A stretch of DNA of 64,000 bases, taken from NCBI RefSeq assembly GCF_964204645.1, contig NC_134034.1:9684962-9748961 (forward strand), given 5' to 3'. The DNA is from Tubulanus polymorphus. Taxonomy: Eukaryota; Animalia; Nemertea. The notes under the pieces were generated by a model, which was not told the origin of the DNA, ran no database searches, and was given only the letters and a program-made list of their open reading frames with translations. Shown in pieces: positions 1-13,600 of this stretch. A program made the translations under genes and the position numbers. Position 1 is the first letter of the stretch. The number at the start of each line of letters is the position of its first letter.

Positions 1-517
1 CTGAACCCACCCTGCGAGCTACTGAACCCACCCTGCGAGCTACTGAACCCGCTACGCGAGCTACTGAACCCGCTACGCGAGCTACTGAACCCGCTCCGCG
101 AGCTACTGAACCCGCTCCGCGAGCTACTGAACTCGCTCCGCGAGCTACTGAACCCGCCCCGCGAGCTACTGAACCCGCCCCGCGAGCTACTGAACCCGCC
201 CCGCGAGCTACTGAACCCGCCCTGCGAGCTACTGAACCCGCCCTGCGAGCTACTGAACCCACGTTTGAGCTACTAAACCCACCCTGCGAGCTACTGAACC
301 CACCCTGCGAGCTACTGAACCCACCCTCAAGCTACTGAACCCACCCTGCGAGCTACTGAACCCACCCTGCGAGCTACTGAACCCACCCTGCGAGCTACTG
401 AACCCACCCTGCGAGCTACTGAACCCACCCTGCGAGCAACTGAACCCACCCTGCGAGCTACTGAACCCACCCTGCGAGCTACTGAACCCACCCTGTGAGC
501 AACTGAACCCACCCTAC
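1..517. repeat. 21-bp minisatellite (CTACTGAACCCACCCTGCGAG)n in a MYO1D intron
   Basis: About 24 tandem copies. Confidence 0.95.
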
Positions 518-541
518 TTACACTCTACAAGCTCTACTTAC

Positions 542-757
542 ACTGCTGATTGAAATAGCACCTTTCAACGATTTAAACTTAGACGAATCAAGTTTATAGA
601 TGAAGCGATCGGTCACAACGAGGCACCGGTCGGCCGATTTATTGAATCGATTTGTCTTTTTCACGCGGCACGAGAAAACAACGCGACTGAATTTGTCCTT
701 GAACTTCAGATCGTTAATCGCCGCCACGAACGACGCCGTGTTGTCATTATCGTGAAC
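542..757 (-). CDS. MYO1D: MYO1D exon 18 (TH1 domain)
   Basis: [25 protein letters not shown]. Confidence 0.9.
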
Positions 758-3700
758 CTGTCAAGGAATAAACGAAAAACTATTCTTTCAATTTCGAGGA
801 AGCGTCTGCATCGTTTTCATACGCCAATCACTGTAGACTCCTCCTAAATCAGCACTATAGGGTTAAACCATTAATTAGGTGGTTTTGTAAACACATTTTA
901 TCCTACTTCCTAAACCAAAGTTTCAAAAATAATCCTGGTTCCAACTGTACCGATTTAGGCAAAGTTAACTGTACAACTACAAATAGACAAATATGTCTAA
1001 TCGCCTATTTCTCAACATTGAAGGAGTTTTAAAGGAGTTTTGGGCATTTTGCTCAAATTAAAGGAGTTTCAAGCACCTTTAAATCAATGTGTTTTTAAGG
1101 AATCAAGGAGGCCTAGGGACGCTGCTGTACGATGCTGTAATACAAAATTCAGATCCTGTTCTAGATACATGTATATGACGGATGAGTTCTGAAAAAGGTT
1201 TGAAGGAATCAAGGAGTCGTCCGGACCTCGTTAAACCGACCTTCGCCAAATAGTTTCCTTCCCATTTGCGTTTGAAACCCCACGCGCGTCGTTTGTTGTT
1301 CAGCGCGTCTGCTGCGAGTACTTTCAACTGTAACATCGGGCGTTCGTCGCGCGGTATCTTCGACAGCACCATGTGAGCTCGCCAGCGGTCGTGCATAGTA
1401 CGCAGCTGCAGCTGGAAGCCCGCCAGCACCAGCGGCGCATCGGGCCACGGTAGATGCTTGCCGTAGTCGCGCATTTTTTTCACGTTCCTGAAATGTTAAG
1501 TATTGTAGTCATTCGCGATGGTATTATACGCAATCCGGTTGGTCAATCAGAAAGAGAGGAGCCACTAGAGAAAGGATGGTCACGAATGCCATCGCTCAAT
1601 ATTCTCAGATCGGAGTCACACTTGGAAACTGAAACATGGTTCCTTCGCGCTACGATCAATTTCAAACGGACCGATCATACTGCACTTAACGTTCTCGTGT
1701 TTAACCCTTTCAGTGCTTGCTAATTAATACCCTATATTGCTGAAGATAATTTGAAAATTCTGAAAAATTCCACCCTTGTGTGATGAATAACGGGAATAGC
1801 ACTAGTGCGTCTACACCCTGGCGGGGTATATCGTTAGTTACTAGTATTTCACTATGTTTGACTGGTGCTGCCATCTTTCAAGAGAGATAATTAGTAATTA
1901 CAAATTAAATCAATACACCGCTAGCAAAATCCATCACTGATTCGTACACCCCACTGCGGTGTAGACGCACTGAAAGGGTTAACCGCAAATAATTTTAATC
2001 ATCTACGATGAACTCGGTCTGAAGAATATTCACATCGATACAAACTGTGACCGAGTAGATGGAAACAGATGCCTCTGACGATCTGATCTGATAGCGACTT
2101 AGTCATAAAATCTAATTATTACTAAACCCTCCATGTTTACGAGCGAATTCTTATTTGTTGGAATAAACTTACTTGAATTGATGAACAAGCTGATTGATAT
2201 ACTGTCGTAGTTTATACCGACGGAAGCGATTCATGATCACATGACCGGCAGCCATTTTACGAGCTCGAATACGCGCCAACATCCCTCGCACCATCTGTAA
2301 ACAACAACAACAACCGCACAACACCTTATAGCAGCGATCTTTTGGCAGAGATTCGACCGATCAATAGTCACATCAGAATAACAAATATAGAAAAATTCAT
2401 CCTTGAAAATACTATATCACAGCATGATCAATTTTGCTGAGTCACTTAAGGTATAATCAGGCTTATTTCATACATCATAGAGGTCTTGCAGCCCTGACCA
2501 AAGCCATATCGGTCGGCAAAAACTGATTACATGACGGAACCGCTAAGTTTGTAAATCCCCCAATTATCTTTTTTGGTTATGCACGACAAGTCTGCAGTGC
2601 TGGTTGGCAAACAAACTACATCGCATGCAAGAAAGACCTCTCGGTGAAACCGATCAGGATATACTACTTTCAACAATGAGTTTCGTTATTGTTACACAAG
2701 ACACTTATAAACATTTTCTGGCTGCCTTTGATGATTTGGACGATGAGAACACCATATGTCAGAATGGTCTTTAAAATCAATTCACTCGATCAGATGATAT
2801 CATAAGGGGGTTGATAATAATAGCAGCCATCTGTTCTACGATCTGTTTAGATCAGTGATGATGTCATAGGGAGATTTATGAAGCAAAGATACGGATGAAG
2901 ATGAAGTTTACTCGGCAATCCGATATTTGGATATTCACGGAGGCAGCCATCTTTTCAGGAAACGTCTGCCAACGATCGATCGACTGTAGTTACTCTACAA
3001 ACCTTTTGAAGGAAGATGACGATTCCGGGAATCATGGCCGACCGCTTTCCTTCCAACGTGAAAATTGTCCGCGGAGATCGGATGAATATCTTGGAGCGCC
3101 CGTACTGAACGTCGTCGGCGAAACCTTGCTCCGACAACAGCGCCTCCACTCCGTCGCGGTCGTTACCGCGGTAATTCGGCCACGTGTATTGCGAAATACA
3201 TTTGTATCTGCGTGAAAAAGAAGAAATACAACGGGTGAAGGTTAACCCTTTCAGTGCGTCTACACCACAGTGCGGTGTATGAATCAGTGATGGATTTTGC
3301 TAGTTCACCGCACTGCGGTGTATTGATGTATTTGTCTCTATTGAAAGATGGCAGCACCTGTCAAACATAGTGAAATACTAGTAACTAACGATATACCACG
3401 CCAGGGTGTAGACGCACTATAGTGCTATTCCTGTTATTCAACACACTAGCGTGGAATTTTTTGAAATTTTCAAATTATCTCCAGCTCTATAGGGTTTTGA
3501 TTAGTCAGCACTGAAAGGGTTAAGATTTTCCAAACCGAGTTCGCGAAAGTCAGAAATTATGAGTGGATTAATCAAATAACAATAGACGGTTCAGCGTAGG
3601 GGAACCCTTATAATCTAGGATCTGGTTTTGTAGCAGGTTTAAAAATTTCTAAAATAACATCGAACAATTTTTTCGCTGAGCCACTCCAGCATCATCAAGT

Positions 3701-6444
3701 ATAATGTTCAGAACGGCATATTAGCCCACAGCATAAATAAACAACTACATGTGTATTTAGAAAATGAATGAATAGATTAACACGAATCAATGGGCATGAC
3801 ACTAAAGCATTTTAGAATATATTGAGGGTACTGGTATATGAGGCACCACTGGCAAATAATTGTGAGTGAAGTTTAGGATCCAGTTCCACAGTTATTGGTA
3901 TTGGAATTATCTCTAGAGTTATAATTAGTTCATTTTCAATGAGTTTACTCCCGAGTCAAATAATTGCGAGTGAAGTTTAGGATCCAGTTCCACAGTTATC
4001 GGTGTTGGAATTATCTCTGAGTTAAAATTTTTGTTCATTTTCGATGAGTTTACTCCCGAGTCAAATCTTAACTCACAACTGTGGAACTGGGTCCAGGTTA
4101 GCATGATTTAATACGTATGGTCTCCTTGATTTAACATTCTGGACCCAGTTCCACAGTCGTGAGTTAGAGTTAACTCTGAGTTAAAATTAGTTCATTTTCA
4201 AACTCAGAGTCAAATCTCAACTCAGAACTGTGGAACTGGACCAGTTGCTCAAAAGTTGGTTAAAGATAACCAGCGAATAAATACCATAGTAACAATTGAA
4301 TTTTAATTGTCACTATGTCAACTATCCACTGCTTAACTCTAACCAGTTTTTGAGCAACTGGCCCCAGGGTCCAGTTCCACAGTTCTGAGTTAAGATTTAA
4401 CTCTTGAGTTAACTCATTGAAAATGAACTAATTTAAACTCAGAGTTAGCTCAAACTCACGACTGTGGAATATCATCATTTTATACACAATTTTTAAAGAT
4501 GAATCTTGTTTCAGTTGTGATTCAGTCGCGGCTTTATAGATAAGTAGAGAAATGTACCTACCTCAGTAAGAAGTTTCTGTAAGGCATGCGGTAAGCGAAG
4601 CCGGCTCGTCGTACGCGAACGTTCTCCAACAATCCGAGATACATCACTTGGTGTTGAACGCGCTGCTCGTTGAACGCGTGCGCCGATTTCTCGTCATTCG
4701 GTTTAATACAGCGCACGTAGTACGGCACCTAGCGGCGAAAATAAACACTACATTCAGCAGCAGACGATGAATGAATTCGAAAATGAAGAAGGCAATAGAG
4801 GATTTCGCTTGTTGCAAGTGAGGTGCTTCCACCAGGTGTCGCTAGTGTGCAGTAGGACATCAACTACTGCGGAAATGGAGGATTTCGCTTGTTGCAAGTG
4901 AGGTGCTTCCACCAGGTGTTGCTAGTGTGCAGCAGGACATCAACTACTGCGGAAATGGAGGATTTCGCTTGTTGCAAGTGAGGTGCTTCCACCAGGTGTT
5001 GCTAGTGTGCAGTAGGACATCAACTACTGCGGAAATGGAGGATTTCGCTTGTTGCAAGTGAGGTGCTTCCACCAGGTGTTGCTAGTGTGCAGTAGGACAT
5101 CAACTACTGCGGAAATGGAGGATTCCGCTTGTTGCGAGTGAGGTGCTTCCACCAGGTGTTGCTAGTGTGCAGTAGGACATCAACTACTGTGGAAATAGAG
5201 GATTCCACTTGTTGCGAGTGAGGTGCTTCCACCAGGTGTTGCTAGTGTGCAGTAGGACATCAACTACTGTAGAAATAGAGGATTCCACTTGTTGCGAGTG
5301 AGGTGCTTCCACCAGGTGTTGCTAGTGTGCAGTAGGACATCAACTACTGTAGAAATAGAGGATTCCACTTGTTGCGAGTGAGGTGCTTCCACCAGGTGTT
5401 GCTAGTGTGCAGTAGGACATCAACTACTGTAGAAATAGAGGATTCCACTTGTTGCAAGTGAGGTGCTTCCACCAGGTGTTGCTAGTGTGCAGTAGGACAT
5501 CAACTACTGTGGAAATAGAGGATTCTACTTGTTTGCGAGTGAGGATCCACCAGGTGTAACTTGTGTGCAGCAAGACATGAAATGCTATTCAAAGAGTGAT
5601 AGTTCAAATATTGACGTCGAAGTTCTTCTCAGACCTGAATAAAATGTTTCCCAATTTTGCGGATGTAGAGGGCTAAATCAATTGAAACTATGACTATGTC
5701 CTACTGTTGCACGCACCATCTGGTGGAATTAAAAGCCGGGAATCAACTAACCTTCGACGCCAAATTATCAACGAGGGCTATGATCGAGTTTTTAAAGTTC
5801 GTTCCGGCCGTCAGCGGACGTTTGGTGACCTGCGACACGCAAGTGGCGCCCTCTGGCCACATCATTCTCAGCAATTCATCCTCGCTGTAAACGAAACGAA
5901 AATAAAACGCAACACATGAGATCAGACATCAGTAAGGCAATTCGAGGTCAGTGACGATGTCATAGGGAATTCTATTCTTTTTAGAAAAGATCCATATATC
6001 AATGATGGCATCATAGCGAGATTCATGGAAGCAGCCACCTTCTCTGGACTCTGCAGCGGCGTTGGAACCGTAGCGACTGCAGCGACGAAAGCCGTGGCAA
6101 TAATTAACCGAATGTCGTTTTTTTTCTTTCTATACTATGTTTTTGACGAAATTGAAGTAAATTCGCCACGGCAATATAAGAACCTGTCTAAGAATCAACA
6201 ATTGGCCACCGCGGCAATCAAATATTGCTTCCAACACGCCTGCTCTAGATTCGTCATCTTGAACAAATCACTAGAGAATTCGATGATCTCATAGGAGGAG
6301 CTACTAAATAGCTTCATCTATCTTCAATCTGCTCAAATGGCAATAAGAGGCTTTTTTTACAGTAAATTATAATTATAATTACGGTTGTAATTATCATGAT
6401 AATAATAATAATTACTATTATTGTCATTATAATTATTATAATTA

Positions 6445-6481
<37 letters not shown>

Positions 6482-7577
6482 CATTATTATTATCATTATT
6501 ATTAGCATTACTATTATTATCATCACCATTAATCTTCTTTTTTTCTCTAGGGGGCCTGAACGTCCTAGTGATTGTACAGCCTTTTAAGGCTCTGTTCAGG
6601 TCCCTCATCATCAATCGACTTATTTGTTATACATTTTATTTGTAATTATAATTGATGATGAAATAAATTACATTACATTAAATAAGAGTAGTCGGATAAC
6701 GTCGCATGTTTTTACCTGTTGTAGAGAAGTCGTTTGAAATCTTGATACAACAAGTCTTTATTCTTATCGATAAATCCCAGAACGTCGTAGGTCACTCGGC
6801 CGGCGTAGTGCTGCACGCAAAACTGTTCGGCGTATTTCAGCGTTTTCTCCGTCGGATTCAACTGTAAAATAAAACCGACGATCGATCCGTAGGATTATCC
6901 TGACCACGCGGCGAAGTCTTACGATAACCATCAGGGTCTAATAGATGCGATGGTGGATTGAGGGCGGTAGACTGAATGACTGGTACATTTTTTTTTAAAT
7001 ACATCGTATAATCCAATTTAGTAACATCGAACTGACATAAGATACATAAGAGAGACACCCATTAAGCAGGAAAAACCAATTATGGACAGGTCCATCTCAT
7101 TCAAAATTCGAATGTGCCTCGCAATACGTCTGCAATTTATTTTGCGATGAAAATTCTAAAAAGATAACTGCCAAGAATGTTTGCGCTTCAAAATCCGCCC
7201 TTATCCTAGAATCCTAGATCAGCCCTTGGCGGTAGAAATAAATACTACAGAGGAACCTCGTTACAACGAACTCGGATACAACGATTCATTCATCAGAGCA
7301 AATATAAAATTTCGTCCTGAGTAAGAAAATCTTATTTATTTCATACTGGATAAAATGAACTATCGGTAATAACGAACATATTTTCTGGTCCTGTGAGGTT
7401 CCACTGTAGTAGCGACTATATCCAAACTTTGTGTTCTTATCGAACTCGGACCTAGATGTCCTTGAAACCGCTCGAAGAGCCGCGTTTCATTGTTTGAGGC
7501 GATACTCACCGCTCGACTGGTAAAATGTTCATGCTTCCCTAATTTCTGATTCATCACATCGAGAAACATCTGTTTGA

Positions 7578-7612
<35 letters not shown>

Positions 7613-10600
7613 TCTTACGTTTTTGCGTACATTCTCATCAAAATCACGCGAAGATTATTCCATCGTATTCTAAACCTTAGCCCGCTTACCTCGTCGGTAA
7701 CTTTGCCAACGTTCAAGCACGCTTCGTCCAAAATGGCGAGGATTCCTTTATGAGGCTGTTCGACCAGGTCACATATGACTTTATTGTTGAAATAGTCGAC
7801 CTGCAAATTTTCTACATCTTAGAGGGATTTCATAAAATGTGGCCGCCATGACAACACCATACCTGTCAGCGACTCACATTAGGCTACCGATGGCTACTAT
7901 CTTTGGCTACCATTGGTCACGGCATCAGAAAATGACTAAATTTCAAGGAAAATTCTTATTTGTTCTTTACGGAACAAGATGGGAAATTCAAGGCCCCCGT
8001 GGCAGGCATATCAGATATCAAATTACATTTTTCGTACAAGACACAGAGCAAGATGGTCAATACAAAATGGACACCATGGCAGCCATCTTGGATATCAAAT
8101 TACATATTCATACCCATAATTAGAGCTGGTAGGGGCAACACGCAAAATTCAAGCTGGCCACCTTGACAGCCATATTGGATTATGTAGACCATCTTACGTT
8201 TTCTTAATTATAAGGAAAATTTGTTGATAAGTTTGGCAATGAGGGGAACGAGGGGAATGAGTGGAGCGAGGGGGACGAAAGGAATGAGTGGAACGAGGGG
8301 AACAAGAGGAATGAGGGGAACAAGAGGAATGAGGGGAACGAGGGGAATGAGTGGAACGAGGATGAATGATCGATACTCACGTGTTGCCACTGTATCCCCT
8401 CGCGATTATATTCGTCCTGTTCTTGTTTTAAAACCAATTCGATGAACAACTGTTGTAGTTTCTCGTTGCAGTAGTTTATACAGAACTGTTCAAAACTGAT
8501 GCAAAAGAAAGAATCTAGAAAACTGTATAAATTGGTCGGAGGTTTTCGGAGGACACATCACGGTTATTGGATGGGGGGTTTCATGTTGATGACGCAATCA
8601 TTTGGTCCTAAATAACCCCGGGAAGGTTTTAGCATACATGTAGTTTAAAACGTGAATTATAGCAAGGAGACATTAGATTTAGATAAAATCGTAACAAAAT
8701 GAAATATCATCAGCCGTTTCGGAAGATATCTCCCTCTGTGAGGAAATTAGCGAACTAGCCTATAGCCATCCAGTGACGAAGTTCATGACCTATTTTTCTT
8801 GATGCTGTAACGTCGATATGTTTACGTCGTTTCCGCTTTAACCGGAAGAAGATGACAATAAGGAAGATCGAAACATTGAAATATAAATCAATTAAACTCC
8901 ATTAACCCTTTCAGTGCTGACTAATCAATACCATATAGTACTGGAGATAATTTGAAAATTTTGAAAAATTCCACCCTAGTGCGTTGAATAAGGGGAATAC
9001 CACTATAGTACGTCTGCACCGTGGCGTGGTATATCATGAGTTACTAATATTTCACTGTGTTTGACAGGTGCTGCCATCTTTCAATAGAGATAAAAACTAA
9101 TTACTAATTACAGCAAAATCAATCACTGATTCATACACCGCACTGCGGTGTAGATGCACTGAAAGGGTTAAGACATAATTACCGATATTACCTGTTATTG
9201 TCGAATATTTCGAATCCGTAAATATCGAGAACTCCTATGACGGTATTCTTCCCGTGACGGATGACATCTGCTTTCATTTCGATTGCGTGATTGATTCGCC
9301 CGACGATCCACGAGAACATCCTCTCATAGACGGCCTAATTCGAAAAAATTAGAATAGCGTAAAAATTTCCGATCAGGTGTGTCGAGGGTTATGTTTAGAG
9401 GGGGGAGGGACAAAAATATTTTAGGATACCTTATCACATCATTAGGGGCACCTATAAGCCAAAGCCATGAAGCCGAGTCAAGCAGTCCGGGATCTTCCCC
9501 CAGCAATTTTTAAAATTTTAGTCTCGTCTGAGGCCATTTCAAGGCATCCTTAACAAAATTTTGGATCAAGAGAAAGCTTTTTATTAACATTTTTAGGGGC
9601 ATCTCAAGAGATTCATAGGGGAAAAGACCCCACCAAGCTACCTTTGACTGCGACTGATGTTATCAGCCAATGCTGAAATTGAGCACACCCAGAGACACCT
9701 TTTGATGCCTTCGAATGCCGTTTCCACTTTTAGTTTCACCTAAAAGCGTAGCTATGAATCATAAACTCTGATTCCTCTGATGATCTGATCGCGTAGATAG
9801 GTCGCGAAAAGTCGTCGTCGTACCTTTGCGAAAGCGTCCCTGGCGTAATAAGCATCGATGACCGTGTGTTGTTTTTCCATGATTTCACCGCGGGCCGCGA
9901 CGACCCGATAGCACAACGCTTTCTCCAACTCCGCCTCGTCGACCGATAACAACGTGGCGATATTAGCGAGAATATCTTTATCCGGAATACTAGCGTGGTC
10001 GCCTTCTTCGTCGAACTGCAGGTTTCCCTGAAACAACGTAATCAATAATCGCTTGATTCATCGCTAACTTGTAACTCAGTATTCCTGAAGATGACTATTA
10101 GTATATAATCGAAACGTTTCATAAACTACCAGCTCAAGGAAACATTTTCAGACTTAATCTTATCGTTATCGTTGTGGGATTCCCGTTATATATTATCGAT
10201 ACAGTAAAATAATGACTAGGCTAGAAAAAATTCATACCAGATTCTCATTTCGGCTTAACTTGAAGTTGACCCAGCTGGCAGCTTATCTACCGTGTATGTT
10301 ACTTTTTTCTTAAAATTATGATCAAGCTAACAATAACTGAATCCATTAGACCTGGCGGAAATGAACTGATTACAAATTTCAACGCAGTTTAAAAAATGAC
10401 CCGGCTGATCAGGAGAATCAAGGTTCCGCAATAGTTTTATCGGAAATAAACTAGAAATGATTTTGATTTAGAGAGTATTTTGCAGACCACCCCAGATAAG
10501 ACCACTTGAATATCTCTTCCAACTTTTTTTAATAGCCTATTTCCCAAAATTGAAGTAGTTCTAAAGGTGTTTTGGGCATTATGTTCAAATTGAAGGAGCA

Positions 10601-13600
10601 CCTTTAAAAGCAATTTCTGTTTAGGAGTTATAAAGACATCAAGGAATCGCAGGGACCCCGTTATAAAGGATCACACAGGATTGCAAAACGCGCATCTCTT
10701 ACCAGATGTAAAACCGACGCGACGACTTTCCACAAAGTTTCCGCGTGTTTGAACGGGAAGCCGATCGCTTTCATCGCTTCCAGAACACCGCGATAGTCTC
10801 CGCGATCGTTGATAGATGGCACCGTCTGATCGCCGCCTTGTCCGAGGAATAAATAGACGCCGGTGTCACGCGCGAGTCGTAGCTCCAAAAGTTTCTTATC
10901 GGTGGCGCCGGTTAGCAACTGCAACGAAAAATTCGAAAATATTTCCGCCGTTCTTTTGCGTTAGTCTTTTTTTTCCCGCGCCATTTCGAAGAAATCGCGA
11001 AAATGACGAAAATAAGTACCTGGTAAAATGCGTGAAAATTTCTTTCTCCTTCTTGTTGGTGGACGACCCGTGACTGTGGAAAAATAGGTATTTACGAAAT
11101 CATTTCTGAATAACATTCGAACAATAAAAACATTCTGAATATCGCTCAATTATTGCTTCATATTGATGCGAAAGCAGCAGAAACCCTTATAATGATATTC
11201 AAACAAACAAAAAAAACATGCCTGACGCAAACAACTCTTTTTCGAAACAAAAAAAAATCCTTGGAACTTATTTGTTTTCGTGCTAAATTTGTCCAGTTAA
11301 ATTTCCACATAATTTCAACACGCAATGAAATTCGAATAATTACATTTACGCAACCGCAAAACAATAATGGAGTAATAACTTCCTGAATTTACATCACCTA
11401 GCTGTCGTTTAGAGAGATAGCTGATCTTGCACGTGATGCCATAGTTTGCCGATTATTGCTTAACACAACACGAGATAATCAGGAATCAGTTCCTAAGTCA
11501 ACTCATCGAAAATGAACTGATATTAATTCAGAGCAATTAACTCTTAAGTACCGGTGGAGTCAGGTTCTGAGTAATGATTCAACTCATTGAAAATGAACTG
11601 ATATTAATTCAGAGGGTGTAGGGGCATCTCCAAGGGAAAGCACAGATAAAGCCCAACGGTATTCCAGAACCCTCGGAACCCCCTACCATGTTTACGTATA
11701 CCCTATAGCCACAATATCTATTTCGACGAGAACAAATTTCCGAAATAGCGACGACCAACCTTTTCGAGTAGATAATTATTGATATGTCCGCCGATCGGGT
11801 CGCCTTTGAAATCGAAGTTGATGTCCATGTATTTGCCGAAGCGACTCGAGTTATCGTTGCGATTCGTTTTCGCGTTCCCGAACGCCTCCAGAATGCAGTT
11901 CGACTGAATCAACACGTTCTTCACCCTGCAAAATAGAATCGCACGAATTCACAGATTTCTAACGCAATTTTCTTTTTTTTCCGGAGCCAGTTTTTAAAAC
12001 TGGACACCGAGTTTCGGCGACGGACGTTTTTTGACGAAGCCGAGATTTAAATTCTTGGAGTGACTTCTATTGGGATACACGAAGCGCATGAAAAACAAAA
12101 CATGACTTATTAATGCGATGATCGATTTTGAATTGACAACCGAACCGATGATAACGCGTAACTTTCTCGTGTTAAAACGCGACTGATCTTAATCATCTAC
12201 GATGAACTCGGTCTGAAGAATATTCACATCGATACAAACTGCGACCAAAGATTGACGACTTTCAAACGCGATCTGAGTTTCACTCCGAAAACATGGCTTC
12301 ACAATAATTTACTTAATTACTAGAAAGGCTAATTTGAAACTTTCTCGTTTAAACGCAACCTATTTTACAGGGTAGGCCGAGCTACAAATAAATTACCTTT
12401 CTACTTCTTTCTGTTGACTGACGTTTGTTATAGCAGCGATGTATCTCATGATTATTTTCGACGCTTCCGTTTTTCCAGCTCCACTTTCACCTTGAAATCA
12501 AAATAAAAATCCGATTAGATCTTTGACATCCGGTCTATGAAACCAAACGCAGGTTAAGAATTGATTCCTAGAGATAACCAATCTAAGAGCTGGTACCCAG
12601 TTTGAGGATTTTTCGACGACATAACTTTGAAAGCCTATTCAAGCCCTGAAATCATCCTGTATCTCTAGTAGAAATGTTCGGGAATATTTTCTATTCATAG
12701 TGTGGGGTTTCCTGGATCAGTCATTACTGGATGTAAGGGATTTTCAAGGAGAAAACTTTAAATTTCGATGAAGCGTCTGCATCACTTTCATATCCTAATT
12801 ACTGTACACTCCCCCTAAATCAGTACAGTTTACCTCAGTAAACTATTAATTCAGTGGTTCGCAAGCAAACTTTTATCCTAAACACTACCTAAACTTGGTT
12901 ACTAATTCGCAAAGCTTTAAAAGATAAGCTTTTTATCAGGTGAAGCAAATCCTGGTCCCAACTGTACCGATTTAGGAGTAATCTATAAACTATTACAACT
13001 AAAATATCTTTAATTGCCTATTTCTCAAAATTAAAGGAGTTTCAAGAACCTTTAAAAGCATTTTCAGCTTAAAAGGAGGTTTCAAGGAATTAAGGAACCA
13101 TAGGTACCCTGGGGCCAGTTGCAAAGTCGTGACCTAAGTCCAAAAGTGGTCTTAAGTTGTTAGATTGGCTATAGAACTAAGATGGTCTTAGACTGGTCTA
13201 AGCCATGACTATGCAACCGGCCCCCAATTTATTATATATTTCTTTCATTTATCGTTACAACACGGATTTATGGTGTTTTATAAAATTTATTGCAAACGCG
13301 ATACACACACACATCCAGGGCCATACAGTGACTACAGCACAGTGAAAAAAGGGCACCAACTTTGAAAAGGGCCAATTAATGCCCAGCGAGTGAGTTTGAG
13401 TTTGAGTGCCATTTATTGGTATCATGCCACTAAATTTGCCTTCACATTCAATTTGCTTGTGCCTTTTATAGATTTTTGGTGAAATTTGCCCTTTTTCGAT
13501 TAAATTTATAGAGCAACAATATTGTCTCTTTTAGAATAGTGCCCTATTGAGTATAGGCTAAAAGAAAAATGCCTTAGATTGCCTTTCATGATTTTGGGAA

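Noticed and set aside
327-512. ORF of repeated VGSVARR
   Set aside because: Translation of an intronic 21-bp minisatellite, with no splice support.
4797-5578. CRISPR-like regular repeat
   Set aside because: No unique spacers, eukaryotic context and no cas genes; it is a plain tandem repeat.
6314-6614. Poly-Ile and poly-Asn ORFs (similar ones at 40351, 46610, 49716, 56397, 61627 and 62600)
   Set aside because: Microsatellite or low-complexity translations.
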